NCBI GenBank assembly: GCA_035569835.1
Contig: DATMMF010000028.1
Span: 40,071-104,070 of the forward strand
Source: Solirubrobacteraceae bacterium
GTDB taxonomy: Bacteria > Actinomycetota > Thermoleophilia > Solirubrobacterales > Solirubrobacteraceae
Direction: 5' to 3'
DNA length: 64,000 nt
Within the stretch, counting starts at the first letter, position 1. Each line of letters starts with the position of its first letter. The notes beneath the pieces were generated by a model. The model was not told where the DNA came from. It saw only the letters and a list, made by a program, of their open reading frames with translations, and searched no databases. Position numbers and translations under genes: made by a program. Shown here piece by piece: positions 51,843-61,051 of this stretch.

Positions 51843-52432
51843 ACGGCGGGCGGCGCCGACGGCTCCGCGCGCATGCCCTCGATCACGAGATCGAGGTGCC
51901 GACGCCAGTCCCACCCGCCCTTGTCGATCGTGGCGCACACGCCGCACATCACCATCGGTATGTCGGCGGCCTGGAACCGAGGGTTCAGCTCGCCCGAGCG
52001 TCGCGCGCGCAGGACGAGCCGCCGCGCCAGGCGCAGGAACTCCTCCTTCTCCTCCCCCACGTACTCGAACACGCGCTCCCCGCCGCTCATCATCGCGAAG
52101 CGAGTGGCGGCGTCGCCCGCGACCGACGCGGCGTTGTCGCGCAGCGCCTCCGCCAGCGACTCGAACGGCTCGTCCTCCCCCTCCTCGACGGCCGTACGCA
52201 TGCGCTCGTTGAACAGCACGAAGCGCTCGCGGACCAGCTCGCCCATCAGGGCCTGCTTGTCGGGGAAGTGGCGGTAGACCGTGCCGACTCCCACGCCCGC
52301 GAGCCGTGCGACGTCGTCGATCTGGACATCGGGGCGCGACGCGGCGAACAGCTCGCGCGCGGCCGCGAGGATGCTTTCGCGGTTTCGGCGCGCATCGGCG
52401 CGCATCGGTCTGGTGGCTGTGGTGACGGTCAT
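51839..52432 (-). CDS. TetR/AcrR family regulator
   Basis: MRADARRNRESIL..IDDVARLAGVGVGTVYRHFPDK. Confidence 0.95.
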   Translation of the reverse strand: MTVTTATRPMRADARRNRESILAAARELFAASRPDVQIDDVARLAGVGVGTVYRHFPDKQALMGELVRERFVLFNERMRTAVEEGEDEPFESLAEALRDNAASVAGDAATRFAMMSGGERVFEYVGEEKEEFLRLARRLVLRARRSGELNPRFQAADIPMVMCGVCATIDKGGWDWRRHLDLVIEGMRAEPSAPPAV

Positions 52433-52439
52433 GCTCCCT

Positions 52440-52476
52440 CGGCTCACGTGAGCCGGAAACGGAATCCTAACTCCGT
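52440..52476. promoter_or_regulatory. Candidate TetR operator region
   Basis: Perfect 16-bp palindrome CGGCTCACGTGAGCCG (52440-52455) and ACGGA-N8-TCCGT (52459-52476) in the tetR/MFS divergent gap. Confidence 0.5.
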
Positions 52477-52619
52477 ATGATAACGTGCGCATAAGCGGAG
52501 ACGGAGTTCACCTTCCACGAAGCCGCAGCACTCGGAGGTGGAACCCGCAAATCGAGGACAGGAACTGGCCTCGACCGTCAATAGCTTCGATGTCGTACGC
52601 GCAACGAAAGGACGCAGCG

Positions 52620-54083
52620 ATGGACTCCCAGCCGAGACACGAGGTCAACAAGAACATCGCCCTGCTGCTGCTGGCGGTGACGCAGTTCGTGGTCGTGATC
52701 GACGCGTCGATCGTCAACATCGCCCTGCCGTCGATCGGCACGGCCCTGCACTTCTCCGAGAACGACCTCTCGTGGGTCGTCAACGCCTACACGCTCACCT
52801 TCGGCGGCTTCCTGCTCCTCGGCGGGCGCCTCGCCGATCTCATGGGACGCCGTCGCATGTTCATGATCGGCCTCGTGGTGTTCTCCCTGGCCTCGCTCCT
52901 CGGCGGCGTCGCGCAGTCTGAGGCGTGGCTGATCGGCGCGCGCGCCGTGCAGGGCCTTGGCGCCGCGATCGTGTCCCCAGCCGCGCTGTCGATCATCACG
53001 ACCACGTTCGCCGAAGGCGCGGAGCGCAACCGCGCGCTCGGCGTATGGGGCGCCGTCGCGGGCGCCGGCGGCGCGGCGGGAGTGCTGCTGGGCGGCATCC
53101 TCACGAGCGGCCTCAGCTGGCGGTGGGTCCTGTTCGTGAACGTCCCGATCGGGCTCGCGGCCGCGTTCGCCGCCCCCCGCGTCCTTGTCGAGAGCCGCGC
53201 CGAGGTCGAGACGCGCGACTTCGACATCCCCGGGGCGGTGACGGTGACGGCGGGGCTCTCCCTGCTTGTCTACGCGCTCGTGGAAGCGGTCAACGCCGGC
53301 TGGGGCTCGGCTGCGACGCTCGGCAAGATCGCCGGCGCGCTCGTGCTGCTGGCCGCGTTCGTCGCGATCGAGCGCACGCGTCGCGCGCCGCTGATGCCGT
53401 TCTCGATCTTCCGCCTGCGCACGCTGCGCGGCGCTGACGTCGTCGCGCTGCTGATCGGGATGTCCCTGTTCTCGATGTTCTTCTTCGTCTCGCTCTACAT
53501 GCAGCAGGTGCTGGGCTTCTCGGCGCTGAAGGCCGGGCTGTCCTACCTGCCGCTGGCGGTGGGGATCATCCTCTCGGCTGGCGCGGCCTCGGTGCTGGTG
53601 ACGCGGTTCGGCTTCAAGCCGGTGCTGCTCACCGGCCTGCTGTTCGTCGCGGGCGGGCTCCTGTGGTTCTCGCAGGTGCGCGTCCACGGGTCGTTCGCGG
53701 CGGATGTGCTCGGCCCCTCGCTGCTTGCCGCCATCGGCCTCGGGCTGTCGTTCGTCCCGGTGACCATCGCCGCAGTGACCGGGACCCGTCCGCGCGAGGC
53801 AGGACTCGCGTCAGGGCTTGTGAACACCGCCCAGCAGGTCGGCGGCGCGCTCGGCCTGGCGATCCTGGCGACGGTCGCGAACAGCCGCACGAAGGACCTG
53901 CTCGCCGCCGGCGGCCACTCGCACGCCGAAGCCCTGACCAAGGGTTTCGAGCGCGCGTTCTTGGTCGGCGCGGGGTTCGCGCTCGTCGGGGCCCTGCTGA
54001 CGGTGGTGCTGATCTCCTCGCGCGACAGCCGCGAGCACTCGGAGGCCGCGCAGGCCGGCGAGGTGGCCGTGCCCGCGGCCTAG
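52620..54083 (+). CDS. DHA2 (14-TM) MFS efflux transporter
   Basis: FVVVIDASIVNIALPSI, WVVNAYTL, GRLADLMGRRR, NTAQQVGG. Confidence 0.95.
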   Translation: MDSQPRHEVNKNIALLLLAVTQFVVVIDASIVNIALPSIGTALHFSENDLSWVVNAYTLTFGGFLLLGGRLADLMGRRRMFMIGLVVFSLASLLGGVAQSEAWLIGARAVQGLGAAIVSPAALSIITTTFAEGAERNRALGVWGAVAGAGGAAGVLLGGILTSGLSWRWVLFVNVPIGLAAAFAAPRVLVESRAEVETRDFDIPGAVTVTAGLSLLVYALVEAVNAGWGSAATLGKIAGALVLLAAFVAIERTRRAPLMPFSIFRLRTLRGADVVALLIGMSLFSMFFFVSLYMQQVLGFSALKAGLSYLPLAVGIILSAGAASVLVTRFGFKPVLLTGLLFVAGGLLWFSQVRVHGSFAADVLGPSLLAAIGLGLSFVPVTIAAVTGTRPREAGLASGLVNTAQQVGGALGLAILATVANSRTKDLLAAGGHSHAEALTKGFERAFLVGAGFALVGALLTVVLISSRDSREHSEAAQAGEVAVPAA

Positions 54084-54146
54084 ACGTCGTGCCGCCCGGG
54101 CGGATCCCCGCCGCCCGGGCGGACGCGCGCCGTCGCGCTGTTTCCG

Positions 54147-54176
54147 TTTACAGGAATGGTGCAGGTCCAGTACCTT
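54147..54176 (+). promoter_or_regulatory. Putative sigma70-type promoter for a leaderless glutamylase transcript
   Basis: TTTACA-N18-TACCTT, 8 nt before GTG 54185. Confidence 0.5.
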
Positions 54177-54184
54177 CTCCACGC

Positions 54185-55513
54185 GTGACCCTGGAGGAGC
54201 TGAGAGAGGCGGTCGAGCAGGGCACCGTCGACACGGTGCTCCTGGCGCTGACCGACATGCAGGGGCGCCTGCAGGGGAAGCGGCTCACGGCTAGCCACTT
54301 CCTGTCCGAGGTCGTCGAGCACGGCGCCGAGGGCTGCAACTACCTGCTGGCGGTGGACGTGGACATGTCGACGGTGGACGGGTACGCGATGTCCTCGTGG
54401 GAGCGTGGCTACGGAGACATGGTGCTCGCGCCCGACCTCGACACGCTGCGGCCGGTGCCCTGGCAGGAGGGCACCGCGATCTGCCTCGCCGACGTCGCGT
54501 GGCTCGACTCCTCGGAAGTGCCCGCCTCGCCGCGACAGATCCTGCGCCGCCAGCTCGCGCGGCTGGCCGAGCGCGGGTGGAGCGCGAATGCGGGGACCGA
54601 GCTGGAGTTCATGGTCTTCCAGGACACCTACGAGGAGGCGTGGCACAAGCACTACCGCGACCTGCGGCCCGCCAACCTCTACAACGTCGACTACTCGCTG
54701 CTCGGCACGGCCCGGGTCGAGCCGCTGATCCGCCGCATCCGCAACTCGATGGCGGCGGCGGGGATGGTCGTCGAGGACTCCAAGGGCGAGTGCAACTTCG
54801 GCCAGCACGAGATCAACTTCCGCTACGCCGACGCGCTGCGTACGGCCGACGAGCACGTGATCTTCAAGAACGGCGCGAAGGAGATCGCCGCACAGGAGGG
54901 GATGGCGATCAGCTTCATGGCCAAGTTCGACGAGCGCGAGGGCAACTCGTGCCACATCCACTTCTCGCTGGCCGATGCAGACGGCCCGGTCTTCGCCCGC
55001 GAGGAGAAGCTGTTCGAGTCGTTCCTCGCCGGGCAGCTCGCCTGCCTGCGAGAGATGACGCTTCTGCTGGCCCCGAACGTCAACTCCTACAAGCGCTACG
55101 CGGCGGCCAGCTTCGCGCCCACGACCGTCGCCTGGGGTTACGACAACCGCACCTGCTCGCTGCGCGTCGTGGGGCATGGGCCCTCGCTGCGCTTCGAGAA
55201 CCGCGCCGGCGGCGCCGACCTCAACCCGTATCTGGCGCTGAGCGCGATCATCGCCTCCGGGCTGCACGGAGTCGATGCCGGGCTGGCGCTCGAGCCGCCG
55301 CTCGAGGGCAACGCCTATGCGGACACGGAGCACCCGCGCGTGCCCAGCACGCTGCGCGACGCGCGCGAGCTGTTCGCCGCCGGCGAGGTCGCGCGCGAGG
55401 CCTTCGGCCAGGACGTCGTCGATCACTACCTCAACAACGCCGACGTCGAGCTTGCCGCGTTCGGCGCGGCCGTGACCGACTGGGAGCGCTTCAGGGGGTT
55501 CGAGCGGCTGTGA
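54185..55513 (+). CDS. Glutamine synthetase-like gamma-glutamylase (GlnA4/PuuA type)
   Basis: DMQGRLQGKR, GTELEF, GECNFGQHEINF, GNSCHIHFS, NSYKR, ENR; gene context. Confidence 0.88.
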   Translation: MTLEELREAVEQGTVDTVLLALTDMQGRLQGKRLTASHFLSEVVEHGAEGCNYLLAVDVDMSTVDGYAMSSWERGYGDMVLAPDLDTLRPVPWQEGTAICLADVAWLDSSEVPASPRQILRRQLARLAERGWSANAGTELEFMVFQDTYEEAWHKHYRDLRPANLYNVDYSLLGTARVEPLIRRIRNSMAAAGMVVEDSKGECNFGQHEINFRYADALRTADEHVIFKNGAKEIAAQEGMAISFMAKFDEREGNSCHIHFSLADADGPVFAREEKLFESFLAGQLACLREMTLLLAPNVNSYKRYAAASFAPTTVAWGYDNRTCSLRVVGHGPSLRFENRAGGADLNPYLALSAIIASGLHGVDAGLALEPPLEGNAYADTEHPRVPSTLRDARELFAAGEVAREAFGQDVVDHYLNNADVELAAFGAAVTDWERFRGFERL

Positions 55514-56277
55514 GCCAAAGCGGCGCGGCGACGGCCGGGGCGGCCGGCCACGGCGGCGGGGCCGGCACCGTCGCGCAGCCGGCGACCCTGTTCGCGCCGG
55601 TCCGCTCGCAGACGGCCTTCGAGGAGACGGTCGACCGCCTCGGGACGGCGATCAAGCTCGGCCTGCTGCCGCCCGGCTCGCAGTTGCCGGCCGAGCGCGA
55701 GCTGTGCGCCCGCCTCGGCATCGCCCGCTCGACGCTGCGCCAGGCGTTGACCGCGCTGACGCAGAGCGGACACGTCTTCGCGACGCGCGGCCGCGGCGGC
55801 GGCACCTTCGTGTCGGACCCGCAGCCGCCCGCCGACCCGCCGTCCGAGCGGATGCTCGCGGAATGGCGCGAGATCTGCGACCAGCGCCTGTCGGTCGAGC
55901 TGGGCGTCGCGGTGCTGGCCGCCCAGCGCGCCGAGGAGCCGGCGCTGGCGGCGCTCGACGAAGTCTGCACGGCGCTCGAGGACGCGATCGAGGACTTCCC
56001 GGCCTACCGCCAGGCCGACATCCGCCTGCACGTCGGGCTCGCCGAGGCGACCGGATCGACGCGTCTCGTGCGCGCCAGCACCGAGGCCCAGGGCGCGATG
56101 ACCGATCTGATCTCCTACATCGCGCACCCTCCCGAGGTGCTGGCGTCCTCGAATGCCCAGCACCGGCGCCTGCTGGCCGCGGTGCGCGAGGGCGACTCGA
56201 TGCGGGCCGCGAAGGTGATGGCCGAGCACCTGCAGGGCACCGAGCACGTGCTGGCCGGGCTGCTGCCGAGCGCATAG
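55510..56277 (+). CDS. FadR/GntR family regulator
   Basis: LPAERELCARLGIARSTLRQAL HTH plus FCD domain; GTGA overlap. Confidence 0.93.
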   Translation: MSQSGAATAGAAGHGGGAGTVAQPATLFAPVRSQTAFEETVDRLGTAIKLGLLPPGSQLPAERELCARLGIARSTLRQALTALTQSGHVFATRGRGGGTFVSDPQPPADPPSERMLAEWREICDQRLSVELGVAVLAAQRAEEPALAALDEVCTALEDAIEDFPAYRQADIRLHVGLAEATGSTRLVRASTEAQGAMTDLISYIAHPPEVLASSNAQHRRLLAAVREGDSMRAAKVMAEHLQGTEHVLAGLLPSA

Positions 56278-56340
56278 GCCGGACGCCGGCGGCGGCGCCA
56301 GGGCGTCTCGCAACGAGCGGCGGTTTTGCCCATCCCAGTC

Positions 56341-56370
56341 TTGACTTCCGTCCGCGTATGAGCGTATTGT
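56341..56370 (+). promoter_or_regulatory. Sigma70-type promoter upstream of the permease
   Basis: TTGACT-N18-TATTGT. Confidence 0.7.
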
Positions 56371-56422
56371 CACGAACGAAGGACGGGTGACCAAACCTTT
56401 AGCGAACTGGGGTGGAGGGCAG

Positions 56423-58039
56423 ATGAGCACAGCCGAAGGCAGCATGGGACGCGACGAGCAGAAGCTCGCCGACCTTGGCTACAAGCAGGAGCTGAACCGT
56501 CGCTGGAGCGGCTTCTCCAACTTCGCGATCTCCTTCGCGATCATCTGCATCCTCGCGGGGTGCTTCACCACCTACGGGCAGGCGCTGAAGAACGGCGGCC
56601 CGGTCGCGATCTCGATCGCGTGGCCGATCATCTCCGTGCTCATCCTCTTCGTCGCGTGGTCGATGTCGGAGCTCGCCTCGGCGATGCCGACGGCCGGCGG
56701 GATCTACTACTGGGCCTCGAAACTGGGGGGCGCCGGCTGGGGCTGGTTCACGGGCTGGTTCAACCTGATCGGCCTCGTCGCCGTCTCGGCCTCGGTGATC
56801 TACGTCTCGGCGACCTTCCTGATGTACACGCTGGGCCTCTACGAAGTGCACTTCATCTTCAACTTCACCAAGGCCGCGGCGGGCACGAACCTGCACTACA
56901 CGGCGCACGTCAACTTCGCGCTCTTCGGGCTGATCCTCCTGCTCGCGCTCTTCGTCAACGTGTTCCGCAGCACGATCGTGACCGCGCTCTACAACGTGTC
57001 GGTCTGGTGGAACATCATCGGCGTGCTGGCAATCGTGGTGCTGCTTCTCGCCGTCCCCTCCCACCACGCGAGCTTCTCCTACGTCTTCAGCCACAAAGCC
57101 AACGAATCCGGCTTCGCAGGTGGCGCGGTCACCGGCGCCAAATTCTGGCTGTACGTGCTGCCGCTCGGCTTCCTGCTGACGATGTACACGATCACCGGCT
57201 ACGACGCCTCCGCGCACGTCTCGGAGGAGACGCACGGCGCCGAACAGTCGGCCCCGCGCGGCATCTGGCTGTCGGTCCTCTACTCGGCCATCTTCGGCTG
57301 GATCGTCCTGCTCGCGATCACGTTCGCGATCCAGCACGCGCACGAAACCGAAATCTACAAAGCGGGCTTCCCGGCGGTGACGATCATCGAGACGGCGCTG
57401 AGCTCGTCCGCGGCCAAGGCTGTGCTGCTGATCTCCACGATCGGGCAGCTGTTCTGCGGCATGGCCTGCGTCACGAGCGCCTCGCGGATGACGTTCGCGT
57501 TCTCGCGCGACGGCGCGGTCCCCGGCCACAACCTCTGGCGCCGGCTCGGCAAGAGCCGCACGCCGACCTGGTCGGTGCTGTTCGTGGTCGTGTTCGCACT
57601 GGTCATCACGATCCCGGCGTACTTCCCGAACCACCTCGGCACCCCGGTGGCCTTCCTCGCCGTCACGTCGATCTCCGTGATCGGCCTGTACATCGCGTAC
57701 ACGATCCCCGTGTTCCTCCGCTGGCGCCAGGGCGACTCGTTCCAGGCCGGTTCCTGGACGCTCGGGCGCAAGTACAAGTGGATCAACCCGATCGCGGTGG
57801 TGTGGGTCGCGCTCTGCGTGATCATCTTCTCGCTGCCGTTCACGCCCGAAGGCGTGCCGTGGGAAAGCGCCTTCAGCTGGAACGCCGTCAACTACGCCCC
57901 GCTCGTCACGATCGCCGTGATCGCCGGGGTGACGATCTGGTACTTCGTGTCGGCGAAGCGCACGTTCAAGGGGCCGGTCCGGACGATCGACGAGCTGGAC
58001 TTCGAACAGGCGCTCCCGGCGATCGCCGAGTCGCCGTAG
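56423..58039 (+). CDS. APC family amino acid/amine permease
   Basis: LGYKQELNR, FSNFAISF, PTAGGIYYW, GYDASAHVSEET; about 12 TM. Confidence 0.93.
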   Translation: MSTAEGSMGRDEQKLADLGYKQELNRRWSGFSNFAISFAIICILAGCFTTYGQALKNGGPVAISIAWPIISVLILFVAWSMSELASAMPTAGGIYYWASKLGGAGWGWFTGWFNLIGLVAVSASVIYVSATFLMYTLGLYEVHFIFNFTKAAAGTNLHYTAHVNFALFGLILLLALFVNVFRSTIVTALYNVSVWWNIIGVLAIVVLLLAVPSHHASFSYVFSHKANESGFAGGAVTGAKFWLYVLPLGFLLTMYTITGYDASAHVSEETHGAEQSAPRGIWLSVLYSAIFGWIVLLAITFAIQHAHETEIYKAGFPAVTIIETALSSSAAKAVLLISTIGQLFCGMACVTSASRMTFAFSRDGAVPGHNLWRRLGKSRTPTWSVLFVVVFALVITIPAYFPNHLGTPVAFLAVTSISVIGLYIAYTIPVFLRWRQGDSFQAGSWTLGRKYKWINPIAVVWVALCVIIFSLPFTPEGVPWESAFSWNAVNYAPLVTIAVIAGVTIWYFVSAKRTFKGPVRTIDELDFEQALPAIAESP

Positions 58040-58097
58040 GTCCAGGACTTGCGCGCAGGACGATCTCTGCCGGCCCGCTGGCGCGGGAGGTAGGGCG

Positions 58098-59465
58098 CTG
58101 AGCGAGTCGCTGACAGTGCTCGAGCCCGCCACGGAGGCGGTGCTGGCGGAGGTCCCGCGCGCGGGTGTCGAGGAGGCAGACGGCGCCGTCGCCGCGGCGC
58201 GCGCGGCGCTGCCGGCGTGGCGGGCGCTCGCGCCCGGCGACCGCGCGGCGCTGCTGCGGGATCTCGCGGAGACCCTTGCCGGCCACGCCGAGGAGCTGGC
58301 GGCACTCGAGGCCCGCAACGCCGGCAAGGCGATCGCCGACGCCCGCGGGGAGATGGCGATGGTCGTCGAGACGTTCCGCTACTACGCCGGCGCGCCTGAG
58401 CGCCTGCTCGGGGACACGATCCCGGTCGCGGGCGGGCAGGCGTTCACGGTGCGCGAGCCGGTCGGCGTCGTGGCGCTGATCACGCCGTGGAACTTCCCCC
58501 TGACGATCGCCTCGTGGAAGCTCGCGCCCGCGCTCGCGGCCGGCAACACCGTCGTCCTGAAGCCCGCCGAGCTGACGCCGCTGAGCGCGCTGCGCTTTGC
58601 GGATCTCGCCGCCGAGGCGGGGATGCCCGAGGGCGTCGTCAACGTCGTCGTGGGCCCGGGCTCGACGGTCGGGCGGCGCCTCGTCGAGCACCCGCATGTC
58701 GACAAGATCGCGTTCACCGGCTCGACCGACGTCGGACGTTCGATCGCGGCCGGCGCGGCCGCCACGATCAAGCGCGTGACGCTCGAGCTCGGCGGCAAGT
58801 CGGCGAACATCGTGTTCGCCGACGCGAACCTCGACGCCGCCGCCGCGGCGGCGCCGCTCGCGATGTTCGGCAACGCCGGCCAGGATTGCTGCGCGCGCTC
58901 GCGGATCCTCGTCCAAGCCGAGGCGATGGACGCCTTCATGGCCGCGCTCGAGAGCGCCGTGACGGCGCTGCGCGTGGGGGACCCGCTCCGCGAGGACACA
59001 CAGATGGGCCCGCTGATCTCGGCCTCGCAGCGCGACGCGGTCGCCTCGTTCCTCGACGACGGCGAGCGGATCGCGTTCCGCGGCACGGCCCCCGACGGGC
59101 CCGGGTTCTGGTTTGCTCCGACGGTGCTCGCGCCTGTCGACCCGGGCTCCCGCGTCGCCCGCGAGGAGGTCTTCGGTCCGATCGCCGCCGTCATCCCCTT
59201 CACCGACGAGCAGGAGGCGATCGCCCTTGCCAACGACACGATCTACGGGCTGTCCGGCTCGATCTGGACACGCGACGGCGCCCGCGCACTGCGCGTCGCG
59301 CGGGCTGTGCAGACCGGCGTGCTCTCGATCAACTCGAACAGCTCGGTGCGCGTGGCGACGCCGTTCGGCGGCTTCAAGCAGTCCGGCTACGGGCGCGAGC
59401 TCGGCCCGCACGCCCTCGATGCCTACACCGAGGTGAAGACGATCTTCTACGCGACGGAGACCTGA
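58098..59465 (+). CDS. Aldehyde dehydrogenase (AldC/PuuC-like)
   Basis: ITPWNFP, FTGS, LELGGKS, catalytic Cys in NAGQDCC, EEVFGP; CTG 58098 after GGGAGG (GTG 58116 is the alternative). Confidence 0.93.
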   Translation: MSESLTVLEPATEAVLAEVPRAGVEEADGAVAAARAALPAWRALAPGDRAALLRDLAETLAGHAEELAALEARNAGKAIADARGEMAMVVETFRYYAGAPERLLGDTIPVAGGQAFTVREPVGVVALITPWNFPLTIASWKLAPALAAGNTVVLKPAELTPLSALRFADLAAEAGMPEGVVNVVVGPGSTVGRRLVEHPHVDKIAFTGSTDVGRSIAAGAAATIKRVTLELGGKSANIVFADANLDAAAAAAPLAMFGNAGQDCCARSRILVQAEAMDAFMAALESAVTALRVGDPLREDTQMGPLISASQRDAVASFLDDGERIAFRGTAPDGPGFWFAPTVLAPVDPGSRVAREEVFGPIAAVIPFTDEQEAIALANDTIYGLSGSIWTRDGARALRVARAVQTGVLSINSNSSVRVATPFGGFKQSGYGRELGPHALDAYTEVKTIFYATET

Positions 59466-59469
59466 GCCG

Positions 59470-60228
59470 ATGGCCGGAAGACTCGACGGGCGCGTCTGCG
59501 TCGTGACCGGGGCCGCGGGCGGCATCGGCGCGGCGACGGTCGCGCTGTTCCAGCGCGAGGGCGCGAAGGTCGCGGGCGTCGACGTGCTCGCCGACTGCCC
59601 GGGCGACATGGCGCTGCAGATCGACCTCACCAGCGACGAGCTCGTCGCCGACCTCTACCGCCAGGTGCGCGAGCGCTTCGGGCGCGTCGACGTGCTGTTC
59701 AACAACGCGGGCATCTCGCCGACCGACGACGGCTCGGTGCTCGACACGGCACTCGACGCGTGGGAGCGCGTCCAGGCGGTGAACCTGCGCAGCGTGTTCC
59801 TGTGCTGCAAGCACGGCATCCCCCACCTGCTCGAGAACGACGGGCCCGAACGCGGCTCGGTGATCAACACCGCCTCGTTCGTAGCGGTGATGGGCGCGGC
59901 GACCTCGCAGATCTCCTACACCGCCTCGAAGGGCGGCGTGCTCGCGCTCTCGCGCGAGCTGGGCGTCGAGTTCGCGCGCCGCGGGGTCCGCGTCAACGCG
60001 CTCTGCCCCGGCCCGGTCGACACGCCGCTGCTCAAAGAGCTCTACGCCAAGGACCCCGAGCAGGCGGCGCGGCGGCTCGTGCACGTACCGATGGGCCGGT
60101 TCGCGGAGGCCGATGAGATCGCGGCCGCGACGCTGTTCCTGGCCGGCCCGGAGTCCTCGTTCGTGACCGCCTCGACGTTCCTCGTCGACGGGGGTCTGAG
60201 CGGCGCGTACACGACGCCGCTCGACTAG
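59470..60228 (+). CDS. Short-chain dehydrogenase/reductase
   Basis: TGAAGGIG, NNAG, YTASK, NALCPG. Confidence 0.93.
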   Translation: MAGRLDGRVCVVTGAAGGIGAATVALFQREGAKVAGVDVLADCPGDMALQIDLTSDELVADLYRQVRERFGRVDVLFNNAGISPTDDGSVLDTALDAWERVQAVNLRSVFLCCKHGIPHLLENDGPERGSVINTASFVAVMGAATSQISYTASKGGVLALSRELGVEFARRGVRVNALCPGPVDTPLLKELYAKDPEQAARRLVHVPMGRFAEADEIAAATLFLAGPESSFVTASTFLVDGGLSGAYTTPLD

Positions 60229-60253
60229 CGCGGCGTCGGCGATACTGCCTGCG

Positions 60254-61051
60254 ATGGCTGCCACCGGCGAGCGGGGCGCGGATGCCGCGACATCTGCGGC
60301 CACCCTGTACGTGATCCCCGGCTCGCACGCCTGCGCCGCGGCGAAGTTGATGCTCGAGCGCAAGGGGATCGGCTACCGCGCGGTCGAGCTGCCTACCGGC
60401 CTGCACCCGCAGCTCGTCCGCCTGCGGGGCTTCCCCGGCAGCCCGGCCCCGATGCGGCTCATCGACGGCAAGCCGACTCGCATGAGCGCGATGCTCGACC
60501 GGCTCGGCACGGTCCCGGCGCTGAGCATCGGCTCCGAGAAGGTGCAGAGGAACCGCGAGATCGCGCGATACCTGGAGCGGACCGTCCCGGCTCCGCCGCT
60601 GTTCCCGAAGGACACCGAGCGCCGCGGCGCCGTCGAGGACGCGGAGGCGTGGGCGGACGAGCCGCTGCAGATGTTCGCCCGCCGGCTCGTGCTCGTCGCG
60701 GGCGCGCGCAACCTCGGCGAGATGTCCGAGCGCGGCGGGCGCGGACGGCTCGGCGCGCTGCTCGCCGGCAACGCCCCGCAGCGGCAGCTCGCGGCGAAGC
60801 TGGCCGCCCGCTCGACGTTCCGCGCGGACGCGGACGCAGAGCGACGGCTGCTCGCGGAGCTGGGAGACGTGCTCGACCGCGCCGACGGTTATCTCGCTGC
60901 CGGCGTGATCGGCGCGGCGGAGCCCAACGTCGCGGACATGATGATCGCGCCGTCGCTGGCACTGCTCGACTACCGGCTGGACATTCGCGATCAGCTGCGC
61001 GCGCGCCCGGCCTTCGCCGTCGTCGAACGGCTGCTTCCGGCACCCGCCTGA
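60254..61051 (+). CDS. Glutathione S-transferase-like protein
   Basis: LYVIPGSHAC, TVPAL and SxxIARYL-like GST-N motifs. Confidence 0.75.
   Translation: MAATGERGADAATSAATLYVIPGSHACAAAKLMLERKGIGYRAVELPTGLHPQLVRLRGFPGSPAPMRLIDGKPTRMSAMLDRLGTVPALSIGSEKVQRNREIARYLERTVPAPPLFPKDTERRGAVEDAEAWADEPLQMFARRLVLVAGARNLGEMSERGGRGRLGALLAGNAPQRQLAAKLAARSTFRADADAERRLLAELGDVLDRADGYLAAGVIGAAEPNVADMMIAPSLALLDYRLDIRDQLRARPAFAVVERLLPAPA

Noticed and set aside
52381-52410. Short direct repeat cggcgcgcatcggcgcgcatcgg
   Set aside because: Simply encodes the conserved TetR N-terminal MRADARR motif
54153-56400. Shared FadR operator half-sites (AATGGT/AAAGGT) at the glutamylase and permease promoters
   Set aside because: Matches are short and imperfect, and no consistent palindrome could be defined by eye
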